From assembly GCA_963733375.1 (NCBI GenBank), contig CAVTDB010000025.1:1-64000 (forward strand): a stretch of DNA of 64,000 bases. Reading direction: 5' to 3'. The translations under genes and the position numbers were made by a program. Of this stretch, positions 8,644 to 22,084 are shown piece after piece (the stretch's first letter is position 1; each line of letters opens with the position of its first letter). A model generated the notes under the pieces. The model was given only the letters and a program-made list of their open reading frames with translations. It did not search any database and was not told the origin of the DNA. Origin of the DNA: Nitrospirota bacterium (GTDB taxonomy: Bacteria; Nitrospirota; JACRHJ01).

Positions 8644-9589
8644 TTACGGCATTGGAGTGTGATCCGGTCCGGTTGTACCGTCTGAATTGTGGCATGTATA
8701 ATTATTAGCTGCTGAGGCTGCGCAGGTCGGCGAAGAATATATGCTCAAATTCGCCGGTATTCTGATTTTGCTTGAATTGCTGCCGCTATCGCTTGCAATT
8801 GTGCGTCAGTAAGTTGTAGTCCGCCCATGTGGCCTTGGGTTGCATTGCCAGCGTTTGCCTTTATTGCATTTGCTATATCAGTGGCGCCAGCGGAAGGGGA
8901 ACCGGCATTGTAAACTGTCGCAATAGCCGGGTCGTTAGCGACACTTTGGCTTATCGGGCCGCCATGACACGGCATGCAGTCCGTATAATAGTGTAATGCC
9001 CCGTCAAAGGAACGTCGCATCACCGCTCGGTACTGCGACCGCCAGGGCCTTTGCTATTAAATGCAGCTCGGAAAGCTTATATTTAGATTTCAATGGCTTC
9101 ATCAGATTGGTATTTACCGTACCCTCTTTGAAACTCTTCACTATCTTACCGAAAGGCTTTCCGGCCTCTGTGGTATCTTCGTATGGCTGATGACAGTCGG
9201 AGCAATTCCAGCCAGTCCCGCTAGGATATTTCGAGTTGTAGAGGTCTATCGCCGTGCTGTATCTGTAACGCGGCTACTATCGCGTTTTTCTGCTTCGCGG
9301 TCAACTGGCCGGTAGGTCCATGTCCGGGAACCGTCCCCGTGTTGTTACTGAGTATGCTGTCTTTCATCGAAGGGTTGTGGTTGATCGCACTGGTTATCCG
9401 TCCGGCATTGGCGTTCAGTACCTTAAAAGACGTTGAGTTGCTGAGGACCAATGAGTCCATCGCTCCATGGCAAGATGTGCAGTCAGCGTTATAGATTATC
9501 CCGCCGTCATTGGAAGTCAAACTGTAACCCGTTATCGCCGTCGTCAGCAACAGCGCTGCGGCGGCAATAGAAACGATTAAACCTTTCAT
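8644..9589 (-). CDS. Periplasmic multi-domain cytochrome c (frameshifted)
   Basis: Signal peptide; CTSCH, CSDCH (about 9190-9204, frame not in ORF track) and CMPCH, each followed by a distal Met and a C-terminal helix. Confidence 0.8.
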
Positions 9590-9859
9590 TTTCGTCCTTC
9601 CTTTCTTCCCCTCATGGCCATGAGGGGGCAATATGGCGTAATCTCGCCGTGGACTGGGTATGGTTAAGTTTCCAATTCCTCCGATGTTCCAACGGCTTAG
9701 GTATTACCGAATGCTTAAATAAAAAACTTTAGGGAAGGGCGAGAAGCTGTTTTTGATGCGTTATGGATAGAATGAAATCTCTTCTAAGATAAAAACGAGT
9801 ATAGCAGAATTTTTTTATTTGTAAAACTGGGGTTAGGATAATCATTCTTATCAAATAAA

Positions 9860-9890
9860 AAACGGCGCCCGGACTGGACGCCGCCTTTTT
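9860..9890. terminator. Probable terminator downstream of the atp operon
   Basis: CGGCGCCC-GGACT-GGACGCCG hairpin flanked by A- and T-runs. Confidence 0.55.
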
Positions 9891-9945
9891 ATATGTATCG
9901 CCCCACGCTGACCACTGAAACTAACTTCGGTAAGCGGTAGGGGCC

Positions 9946-9980
9946 CTCTTATTCTTTCACGAGAAGAAAAGTACCAAAAC
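9946..9980. repeat. Degenerate copy of the intergenic palindrome family
   Basis: CTCTTATTCTTTCACGAGAAGAAAAGTACCAAAAC. Confidence 0.5.
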
Positions 9981-10059
9981 GTGAGGCGCTCGAATATTTG
10001 AGGCATGGGGGCCGAAAACTTTGCCGGCTGATCCCCGTAACTCCCTGCCCCTTTGCCCC

Positions 10060-10470
10060 TTATTTTACCTGGAGTTTGCCGGCAACCTGAATCCTGATGA
10101 CCGCTTTTTCCAGGGAAACCTGCTCCTTCTCGAACTCCACCTCGTCCGGCTGGCCGCGGAGCTTGGCCTCGGCTCTCGCCTTCGCTTCTTCCGCGCGCCT
10201 AAGGTCTATCTCTTCAGCGGTCTCGGCCATGTCCGCAAGTATCTCAACCCTGTCCGCGTCCACCTCCGCATAACCCCAGGTAATGGCGATATATTTGCGG
10301 ACGTCGCCTATACGGTAATTAAGCTCGCCGATTTTCAGCGCGGTCAGAAACGGGGTGTGGCCGGGCAGGACTCCGAACTCGCCCTCTATGCCAGGACAAA
10401 CGACTTCATCCACTTCTTCGCGGACGACCCTTCTATCCGGCGTTACTATCTCGAGCGTCAGCTTTTCCAT
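10060..10470 (-). CDS. atpC: ATP synthase F1 epsilon
   Basis: LEIVTPD...GEFGVLPGH motif; last gene of the operon. Confidence 0.97.
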   Translation of the reverse strand: MEKLTLEIVTPDRRVVREEVDEVVCPGIEGEFGVLPGHTPFLTALKIGELNYRIGDVRKYIAITWGYAEVDADRVEILADMAETAEEIDLRRAEEAKARAEAKLRGQPDEVEFEKEQVSLEKAVIRIQVAGKLQVK

Positions 10471-10471
10471 G

Positions 10472-11965
<1,494 letters not shown>

Positions 11966-12057
11966 CTATCTATTTTGGCTAAATCAAATGCGGATTCGAA
12001 GCTTTCGCCCGGAATCGTAACCCCAGTCCTCAAGGGAGCGGGGGAGTAGGCGATTAG

Positions 12058-12921
12058 CTACTTCAGCGCTTCTGCGCCGCCTATAATCTCCATAAGTTCC
12101 TTGGTGATTGCGGCCTGGCGCGCCTTGTTGTACTTCAGCGTGAGCTTCGCTATCATCTCCTTGGCATTATTGGACGCCGCGTCCATCGCAGTCATCCTGG
12201 CCCCAAGCTCCGAGGCCTCCGATTCACGGAGAGCCCTGTAAATCTGGAATTCCACGTGCTTCGGAAGCAGCGTCTCGAGCACCCCTTCGGGCGAAGGCTC
12301 GTAAATATAATCTCCCGAGGTGGCCTCAACCGCCGCCCTGGGCGTTTCTATGGGCAGTACCTTTTCGGCGATTACCGTCTGGGAAAGTGCGCTCTTGAAT
12401 TCGTTATAAATTATGTATACCTCGTCCACCTCGGCATTGATGTAGTTCTCGATTATTTCGGCAGCTATCATCGAGGCGTGGGAGTAGTTCAGGTGGCCGG
12501 AGATGCCGGTCCAGTCCTTCCTGATTTCGTACCCTCTGCGCGTCAGGTAGTCGCGGCCCTTTCGGCCGACGATGTTAAGCGTGAGGTCGCATCCGTCCGT
12601 CTTCTTCTCGTTGTAAAGCGCCACGGCCCGTTTCATTATATTGGTATTGAAAGCGGCGCAAAGCCCGCGGTCGGAGGTCATCACCAGGAACTCGATGCGC
12701 CTGCACCCCCTGTGCGCGAGAAGCGGATGGTACTCCCTCGGCGCTCTGGCCGCAAGGTTCCCCAGGACCGTGACCAGCTTGTTCGCGTATGGACGGGCGG
12801 CGAGCATCGCGGCTTGGGCCTTTTTCAGCTTCGAGGCCGAGACGGCCTTCATTGCCTTGGTGATCTGCTGCGTATTTTTTACGCTGCGGATCCTTCTTAA
12901 TATATCCCTTGAGCCAGCCAT
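12058..12921 (-). CDS. atpG: ATP synthase F1 gamma
   Basis: ITKAMK, SDRGLC and KARQAAITKEL motifs. Confidence 0.99.
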   Translation of the reverse strand: MAGSRDILRRIRSVKNTQQITKAMKAVSASKLKKAQAAMLAARPYANKLVTVLGNLAARAPREYHPLLAHRGCRRIEFLVMTSDRGLCAAFNTNIMKRAVALYNEKKTDGCDLTLNIVGRKGRDYLTRRGYEIRKDWTGISGHLNYSHASMIAAEIIENYINAEVDEVYIIYNEFKSALSQTVIAEKVLPIETPRAAVEATSGDYIYEPSPEGVLETLLPKHVEFQIYRALRESEASELGARMTAMDAASNNAKEMIAKLTLKYNKARQAAITKELMEIIGGAEALK

Positions 12922-12931
12922 TCGCCCCCCC

Positions 12932-14455
<1,524 letters not shown>

Positions 14456-15033
14456 CTATTTTATCGCCTCGAAACTTCGCGGGCCTTCTTCAGCCTTTAA
14501 GGAGCGCCGCCCGGACCAGACGCACCTGGTTGGAGAGGCTCCCGTCGTAAACCGTACTGCCGACCCTGGTGCGTACCCCGCCGATAAGGCTTGGGTCCAC
14601 CTCCATAGTCAGTTCCACGTCTTTTCCTACCATCACGCTTATTTTTGCCTTCAGCTTCTCCAGCTCAGCGTCGGAGAGCGACAGCCGCGGAGGTGACCGT
14701 CGCCTTCAGCCTTCCCTGCACGATATCCAGCAGGTCCGCGTATGACGCCGATACCTCGCGTATATACCTGAACCGGCGCTTCCTCGCCAGGAGGTCCAGG
14801 AAGCGGAGCGTAAGCGGACTCACCCCCATCTCCTTGGCTAATCCGTTCATGACGTTTAGCTTGTCCTGGGCGGAGAATATCGGGTTCTGGAAGACGCTCT
14901 GGAGGCCCTTGCTCGTCCTGTATGCCTCCGCCACCTGGGCCAGGTCCTTCTTTACCGCATCCGTCTCGCCCGACTTCGAAGCGAGAGAGAGGAGCGCCTT
15001 GGCATATCTTTTTGCAACTATGTCTTTAAGCAT
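14456..15033 (-). CDS. atpH: ATP synthase delta (C-terminus frameshifted; end approximate)
   Basis: VAKRYAKAL N-terminus; position between atpF and atpA. Confidence 0.9.
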
Positions 15034-15034
15034 C

Positions 15035-15634
15035 TTATCTCCCGACTTTCTCCAGGTATTCCTGGAGCATCCTGGCCTGGTCTTCTTTCTTGACGTTCTC
15101 CTTTATCATCTGCTCCGCAAGTTCCACCGCTTTGAGCGCGGCCTCGCGCCTTATCGCCTCTTTGGCCTTTACCAGTTCGGCCTCTATAAGCTCCTTGGCA
15201 GATGCGACGACGTCGGCGGTCATATCCTCCGCCTCCTTTATAAGAAGCTCTTTTTCCTTTTCTCCGTTGGCCTGGGCGACTTTCAGGATGCCCTGCAACT
15301 CCGCGTCCTTGTCCTTGAGCTTCGCCTCGACCGCGGCCAGGCGGGAAAGGGCCTGCTCCCGGGAGGCTTTCGCGTCGGCAAGGGAGGCCTCTATCTCGGC
15401 AACTCTTTTAGCAAGGAAGTTTTTGAAAGGTTTCGCGACGAAGTAGACGAGCACACCGAAGATGATGCCGAAATTCAGCACCCGCCAAACCCAGTCCATG
15501 GTCGTAGCGCCCTCTTCGCCGCCATGTTCCGCGGCTGCCGCGACGGCCGCCGTCAAAGCGACCATCCCGAGCGCTATCAATACCGCCTTAGTGTATTTTT
15601 TAACTTCCGGATGAGCCGAAAAATTGGTTCTCAT
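15035..15634 (-). CDS. atpF: ATP synthase F0 b
   Basis: WRVLNF transmembrane segment plus coiled coil. Confidence 0.92.
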   Translation of the reverse strand: MRTNFSAHPEVKKYTKAVLIALGMVALTAAVAAAAEHGGEEGATTMDWVWRVLNFGIIFGVLVYFVAKPFKNFLAKRVAEIEASLADAKASREQALSRLAAVEAKLKDKDAELQGILKVAQANGEKEKELLIKEAEDMTADVVASAKELIEAELVKAKEAIRREAALKAVELAEQMIKENVKKEDQARMLQEYLEKVGR

Positions 15635-15649
15635 TTGATACCTCTGTAT

Positions 15650-16075
15650 TTAGACCGGCCTGCCCAGGAGCTTTGAAGCTATCTCTCCTGGAAGCTTTGC
15701 CATTTCCCTCTCCAGGACTTCCCTGGCCTTCGCCGCTTCGCCGGATACCTCGGCCTTGGCCTTTTCAACCATCGACTGGGCCTCCGCCTTGGCTTGGGAA
15801 AGCCTCTCCCTCTGCCGGGATAGCCCGTCCTGCTGGAGCGAATGGTACGTCTGGTTTGCCTTGACCCTCGCGTCCGCCAACTCATGCTCGAAATCCTGGA
15901 GCATGCTCTGGGCCCGGTCCGCGTATCCGCTTGCCTCTTCGTGCTGCTTGGCTATCTTCATGTCGCGGTCGGTCAAATGCTTTAAAACCGGCTTAAACAG
16001 AAGGATGTTCAGGATGAATATAAGGACAAGGAAATTAGCGAGCTGGACTAAAAAAGTGTAATTAATATCAACCAT
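15650..16075 (-). CDS. ATP synthase F0 b'
   Basis: INYTFLVQLANFLVL...LLFKP; second b paralogue. Confidence 0.9.
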   Translation of the reverse strand: MVDINYTFLVQLANFLVLIFILNILLFKPVLKHLTDRDMKIAKQHEEASGYADRAQSMLQDFEHELADARVKANQTYHSLQQDGLSRQRERLSQAKAEAQSMVEKAKAEVSGEAAKAREVLEREMAKLPGEIASKLLGRPV

Positions 16076-16132
16076 CTTTTCCTCCAGACTACATGGGGCC
16101 TGAAAATTTGCCCGGATGCGGAAAACCGTTGC

Positions 16133-16162
16133 AAGTTAGCATGTTAAAACGAAGGTTGTCAA
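16133..16162 (-). promoter_or_regulatory. Sigma70 promoter of the atp operon
   Basis: TTGACA-N18-TAACTT with TGn extension. Confidence 0.55.
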
Positions 16163-16308
16163 GGAGAAACGTTATTAAATGTTTTAATCGCTCATTATTT
16201 TAAATTTATTGGAATGTTTATGGTTTTCATTGGCGCGGGCGCTCCCGGCGAATAACCAAAAAACCTTATAAAAGCCCTTGCGAACCCGGGCGGGGCTTCT
16301 TATTTTTC

Positions 16309-16337
16309 TTGACAAATCAATAAAGCTCGTTTAAGTT
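16309..16337 (+). promoter_or_regulatory. Sigma70 promoter of the Mg-transport operon
   Basis: TTGACA-N17-TAAGTT, about 240 nt upstream of the CDS. Confidence 0.55.
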
Positions 16338-16574
16338 CAGGCCAGATTTAGAATTAAGGAAATCAGAAAGGTGGTGGTCCTCGCATGGATGCTGGCCCTG
16401 GCAGTAGCCGGATAAAAATCTTATACACTAAAGATATGCGCGGGCTGACCGCCGGGACTTCTTTTTAGCATCTCTGTCTCGTTTTCCCCCTTCCGGTCCC
16501 CCCTTTCTTGAAGGCGCATTCATTAAATAAATTTCCATGAAGTTTCCGTTATCTCGTCTTGAGGAGGAGCGCCC

Positions 16575-17847
16575 ATGCATTATATCGGCGACGTTTACGT
16601 AAGCGAGATACTAAAAAAACAGGTGCTGGACCCCAAGGGAGAGGAGTCCGGGCGGCTGGATGATTTTATCATTACCCTGGACGAACTGTTCCCGATCGTA
16701 ACCGGCCTGCTGGTAAGCCGCAAGGGCGTGCGTTACCAGGTCCCCTGGAGCAGCGTCAGCATATTCAATAAAAAGGTAATCTCCACGGACCTGCCCGCGC
16801 AGGCCCTCCTGAAGGCGGAACTTGGCAAGGGCGAGATGCTCGCATGCCACGCGCTGCTCGATAAGCAGATAGTGGATATAAACGGCGCCAAAGTCGTCCG
16901 GGTGAACGACCTCAAGCTGGGCGAGGTAAAGGGTAACGTTATGCCTTATAGCGGCGGACGTGGGGGCGTCGGGGCTTCTCCGCCGGCTCGGGCTTAAGAG
17001 GCACTGGGAAAGTGTCGCCCAGGTCCTGGGCGTGAAATACACTACCAACCTTATAAGCTGGAACTACCTGCAGCCGCTCCAGCCGGAAGTGGGGAAACTG
17101 ACGCTCACCGTTTCAAGAAAACAGATGAGCGCGCTCCACCCCTCCGACATCGCGCAGATAATCTCCGAGGTCTCGCAGAAGGACCGGCGGGCGATAGTGG
17201 AGTCGCTGGACATAGAGACGGCGGCGGAGACTATCCATGAGCTGGAGCCGTCCGTGCAGGCGGACATTATCGCGCACATGGACGAAGAGCAGGCGGCCGA
17301 CATCCTTGAGGCCATGCCCCCGGACGAGGCGGCGGACCTTGTCGCGGACCTGTCAGTGGACAAGGCGCACGGGATCCTCAAGCGGATGGAGGCTGAGGAC
17401 GCGGAGGACGTGCAGGAGCTTCTGGAACACGAGGAGGATACAGCGGGCGGCATGATGACCACGGAGTACCTGTCGTTTCCGCCGGAGATGACGGTCGCGG
17501 AGTCCATGACAGAGTACCGGCTCGCGGCGCCGGACATCGAGTCCGCCTCCGCTTATGTCATATATATCCTGGACAGTGACGAGCACCTGTTGGGCGAAGT
17601 GCACTTGAAAGACCTCATCCTCGCCCACCCGGACAGCAAGCTGGGCGAGATAATGCGTACGGATTTTAAAACCGCCTCCCCCGAAGACGACGAGAAAGAG
17701 GTGGCGGAAACGATATCGAAATACAACCTCCTGGCGCTCCCCGTCGTGGAAGAGGACCAAAAATTGGCCGGCATCGTTACGGTAGACGACGTTGTGGACC
17801 TCCTGCTTCCGCCGCAGTCCAGGAAAAAGAGGCACAGGATCGGCTGA
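16575..17847 (+). CDS. Soluble MgtE-like protein (PRC-barrel, MgtE_N, CBS pair; no membrane domain); frameshift near 16940
   Basis: LLDKQIVDINGAKVVRVND, LHPSDIA, MPPDEAADL, TAGGMMTTE, GIVTVDDV; ends right after the CBS pair. Confidence 0.88.
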
Positions 17848-17889
17848 TGGACCCAGACGGACCCGGGCAGGCAGCCGCTGAGAGAGAAT

Positions 17890-19168
17890 ATGGGAAATTT
17901 CCGCTCGTTTATACGGGGGCTCAGGAAGCTGGACCGCCGCCGCATACTGTTGTTCCTGGCCATCATGGGGCCGGGCATGATAACGGCGAACGCGGACAAC
18001 GACGCGGGCGGCATAGCGACATACGCCATAGCGGGGGCCCAGGAAGGATACGGCCTTCTCTGGCTGTTGCTGCTCATCACCTTCAACCTGGCGGTCGTGC
18101 AGGAGATGAGCGCCCGGATGGGCGCGGTGACGGGCAAGGGGCTTGCCGACCTTATCCGGGAGCGCTTTGGCGTCAAGTTGACCTTGCTTTGCATGATGCT
18201 CCTGATCGTCGCGAACTTGACCTGCACTATCGCGGAGTTCGCGGGGGTGGCGGCCTCGATGGAGCTTTTCGGGATAAGCAAATTCATTTCGGTGCCGCTC
18301 GCCGCCGCATTCGTCTGGTTTCTTGTCGTCAAGGGGAACTACAAACGCGTCGAGCGCGTTTTCCTCATATTCTGCCTGCTCTTTTTCACCTACGTCGTCT
18401 CCGGATTACTGGCGCACCCGCCCTGGCATGAGGTAATGAAAGGGCTGGTCACGCCTTCATTCAAACTGGACTCCTCCTACATCAACCTGTCCATCGCGCT
18501 TATCGGCACCACGATAACTCCCTGGATGCAGTTCTTCCTGCAGTCATCCGTCGCGGACAAGGGGATTAAAGATAAAAGATTACCCGTATACCAAGACGGA
18601 GGTGTTCTTCGGCGCGTTCTTCACGGACTTCATCGCCTTCTTTATAATAGTTGCGACAGCCGCGACTCTTTTTACCCACGGGATAGTGATAAAAGGCGCC
18701 GAGGACGCGGCGCTTGCGCTGAAGCCGCTTGCCGGACAGTACGCATACATACTCTTCGCCTTCGGACTGCTGAACGCATCGCTCATGGCGGCGTCCATAC
18801 TGCCGCTCTCCACGGCTTATGCGGTCACGGAGGCTTTCGGCTGGGAATCCGGAGTGGATAAATCTTTTGCCGAGGCCCCGCAGTTCCTGGGGCTTTATAC
18901 AGGGTTCATCGTAATCGGCGCCGGGATAATCCTTATCCCGGGCCTGCCGCTGATGCAGATAATGCTCATCTCGCAGACAGTCAACGGAATACTCCTGCCC
19001 GTGATACTGGTCTTCATGCTGAAACTCATCAACGACAAAAACATCATGGGCGAACACGTGAACGGCCCCGTATTCAACATTGTCGCGTGGGGCACGGCGA
19101 TAGCGCTTATTATAATGACGGCGCTGCTGCTTGTTACGACTGTGTTCCCGGATTTCTTCGGAAGATAA
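17890..19168 (+). CDS. Nramp-related (NRMT-type) divalent metal transporter; frameshift near 18575
   Basis: MGPGMITANADNDAGG, VQEMSARMGAVTGKGL, GTTITPWMQF. Confidence 0.9.
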
Positions 19169-19212
19169 TGTGATGATTGAAAAAACATCTCCTCCCACAA
19201 CTGAAAAGCAAT

Positions 19213-20037
19213 ATGAAATTAAAAATATCAGTCGCCCTCGCGCTCGCCGCCTTCATCGTTTACGTCGGCGTAAGCTTCATCTACCCGAACGTCTCAAAAT
19301 ACAAAAAATATAACCCGCCGAAATCGTCGATGATGGAGTACCGGGAAAAGCAGATGAAGGCCGAGGGGAAGGAAATACATATAAAAAGGAAGTGGGTGCC
19401 TTTCTCCCGGATTTCGCCGTATGCCGTTAAAGCCGTGCTGATAGCGGAGGACGATAAGTTCTGGCATCATTCAGGCTTCGATATAGAGGGCATGGAAACA
19501 GCCCTTGAAAAAGACATCAAAAAGCACAGGCTGAAGGCGGGCGGGAGCACTATCACCCAGCAGCTTGCGAAGAACCTGTTCCTTTCGCCGTCCCGTAACC
19601 CGGTGCGCAAAATAAAGGAGGCGGTGCTGGCGTGGCGGATGGAGAGGACGCTGTCGAAGCGAAGGATACTGGAACTTTACATGAATTATGCCGAGTGGGG
19701 CCCCGGCATCTTCGGCATCGAGGCCGCCAGCCGGCATTATTACGGCATTCCGGCATCCGCCCTGAACGCCGAGCAGGCGGCGAAGCTCGCTACGGTTTTG
19801 CCGAACCCGAATATTTACAGCCCCGTCAACCCCGGCAGATACGTCCAGCGCCGTTCCGCCATAATTTATAAGATAATGGTCAAGCGGGGGGTAGTGATGC
19901 CGGACTTCGAGGAGGCAATGAACCCGGAGAAAGAGGAGACAACGAAGAAGGAGCATCCATTTTCCGGCGAGACGACTTCAGCCGCAACGCCTGAGAAAAA
20001 GGGGCCCTCGCAATTTCTAAATTTCACTGCAAAATAA
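19213..20037 (+). CDS. mtgA: Monofunctional peptidoglycan transglycosylase
   Basis: GT51 motifs AEDDKFWHHSGFD, GGSTITQQLAKNLFL, RKIKE. Confidence 0.93.
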   Translation: MKLKISVALALAAFIVYVGVSFIYPNVSKYKKYNPPKSSMMEYREKQMKAEGKEIHIKRKWVPFSRISPYAVKAVLIAEDDKFWHHSGFDIEGMETALEKDIKKHRLKAGGSTITQQLAKNLFLSPSRNPVRKIKEAVLAWRMERTLSKRRILELYMNYAEWGPGIFGIEAASRHYYGIPASALNAEQAAKLATVLPNPNIYSPVNPGRYVQRRSAIIYKIMVKRGVVMPDFEEAMNPEKEETTKKEHPFSGETTSAATPEKKGPSQFLNFTAK

Positions 20038-20047
20038 ATTTTACCTG

Positions 20048-20470
20048 TTATATCAGCTTCGCGTCCATCGTTATCTTCGCCTTCAGGACTTTCGAGACCG
20101 GGCATCCCTCTTCCGCCTTGCTTGCCGCCTCCATAAATTTCGCCTCCTGAAGACCCGGCACTTTCGCCCGGACTTCCAGGTGGCTCTCCGTTATCGCGAA
20201 GCCATCCCCCTGCTTCTCGATAGTGACTGTCGCCGTCGTGCTGATACTCTCAGGGGTGACGCCGGATTCGCCGAGTATCGCGGAGAGCGCCATGGAAAAG
20301 CATCCCGCGTGCGCCGCCGCTATCAGTTCTTCCGGGTTCGTGCCGGGCTTGTCCTCGAACCTTGTCGCGAATGAATAGGGCGTACTGTTCAGGACGCCGC
20401 TCGCGCTGGATAAAGCACCCCTGCCCTCTTTCAGTCCGCCGTTCCAGACCGCCGATGCCTTACGTTTCAT
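20048..20470 (-). CDS. osmC: OsmC peroxiredoxin
   Basis: GTNPEELIAAAHAGCFSMA and CPVS motifs. Confidence 0.95.
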   Translation of the reverse strand: MKRKASAVWNGGLKEGRGALSSASGVLNSTPYSFATRFEDKPGTNPEELIAAAHAGCFSMALSAILGESGVTPESISTTATVTIEKQGDGFAITESHLEVRAKVPGLQEAKFMEAASKAEEGCPVSKVLKAKITMDAKLI

Positions 20471-20500
20471 TGAGCCTCCAATATCTTTAGTGGTTCGGAT

Positions 20501-21958
20501 TTACATATTAACAAATATAAGGTCCGGGTCCTCGATGTGCCCGATGACGTTGTTCATGAAATGCTGCGCCTTCGCCCCGTCTATCACGCGATGGTCGAAG
20601 GTAAGCGATAGAGGCAATACCTTCTTTATCTTTATCGCGCCGCCTTCCGCGACGGGTTTTTCCATCAGCCTCCCAACGCCCAGTATCCCCACCTCCGGAT
20701 AATTTAAAATAGGCGTCGCATATAATCCGCCGATGGAGCCGTAGTTGGTGATGGTGAAGGTCCCGCCTTTCAGCTCGTCTATTTTTAGCGTCCGTTTCCG
20801 CGCGCTTTCGGCCAGGCCCGCCAGTTCCTTCGCTATCTGAAGGATGGATTTCTTGTCCGCGTCTTTTATGTTCGGCACGATAAGCCCGTCCTGCGTCTCC
20901 ACGGCGATCCCGATGTTGTAGTACCCTTTGTATAAAATTTCTCCCTTCTCGTCGTCCATCGCGGAGTTCATTGCAGGGTCGCGCTTCAGCGCCCCCACGA
21001 CCGCTTTTATAATGAACGGGAGGACGGTCAATTTAATTCCCTGCCGGGCGGCTTCTTCTCTTTCCTTCTCCCTTATGAGCGACAACAGTCCCGCATCCGC
21101 CTCGTCCGTCGTAGTCACCTGGGCGGCCTTCGTAATCGATTCCGTCATCGCCTGGGCGATTTTTCTGCGCACTCCACGGAGCGGCACGCGCGTAACGGCT
21201 CCCCAGTTATCCTGCCCTGGCGCGCCTTCCGGTTCCCTGGCCCCTTTTTCGGGAATACCCTGCCCGGCGAACTTCCGGATATCGTCTTCCGTGATGCGCC
21301 CCTTTGGCCCGGTCCCCCTAACCTGTTCTATGTCTACGCCAAGCTGTCTGGCGAGCAGACGGTCCTTCGGAAGGGCCTCCGCGCGCGGCCTCTCCTGCTG
21401 GTACGGCGCAACCTTTTGCGCAGCCTCTTCCAGTTCTTCTTCTTCCGGCGCCTCTTCCAGTTCTCCCACGACCCCAACCGACGCGAGACGCTCCGAATAC
21501 ACGTCCAGCGGCTCCGCCCTGCTCCTGCTTCACCGGCTCCGCCTCGGGCTTCTGCGCCGCGCTCGAAGGTTCTTTCTTCTCGGGTTCCTTCACCGGCTCT
21601 CGGTTCTTTGGCACCGGTCTTGGTTCTCCGGCTTCTCCGCCGCGATCGAAGGCTCCTTTTTCTCTGGTCCCTTCTCCTCGCGGGCGGGGGGCTGGGGTGA
21701 GGGCTTCTCCTTCAGCTCTTCCTTTTCGCCTATGACGGCTATTACCTCGCCGACGTTTATAATGTCGCCGGGGCCTCCCTTTAAGCTTATGATATATCCG
21801 GCCTTGGGCGAAGGCACCTCCGCGACCGCCTTGTCCGTCTCCACCTCGAGGATTGTCTGGTGGTCCTTGACGAAATCGCCCACTTTTACCTTCCACTCCA
21901 CGATCTCGCCCTCGGTCAGTCCTTCGCCGATATCCGGGAACCTGAATTCGTAGGCCAT
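20501..21958 (-). CDS. pdhC: 2-oxoacid dehydrogenase E2 (dihydrolipoamide acyltransferase), frameshifted
   Basis: Lipoyl domain ETDKA, E3-binding GTGPKGRI, catalytic DHRVIDG; split over ORFs 21590-21958 and 20501-21502. Confidence 0.9.
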
Positions 21959-21981
21959 TATTTCACCGTCCTTTAACCTTT

Positions 21982-22075
21982 CTACTTTTCTTTCACGGGA
22001 AAGAAAAGTAGCAAAAGAAAGCGGGACTTTCAGTCCGGCTTTTCTTTGCTACTTTCTTTACCGAAAAGAAAGTAG
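21982..22075. repeat. Inverted doublet of the palindrome family (REPIN/MITE-like)
   Basis: CTACTTTTCTTTC-ACGG-GAAAGAAAAGTAG CAAAAGAAAG ... CTTTTCTTTG CTACTTTCTTT-ACCGA-AAAGAAAGTAG. Confidence 0.9.
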
Positions 22076-22084
22076 GGGGAGGGT

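Noticed and set aside
16340-16560. M-box (ykoK) riboswitch
   Set aside because: Conserved M-box sequence blocks not found by eye; cmscan would be decisive
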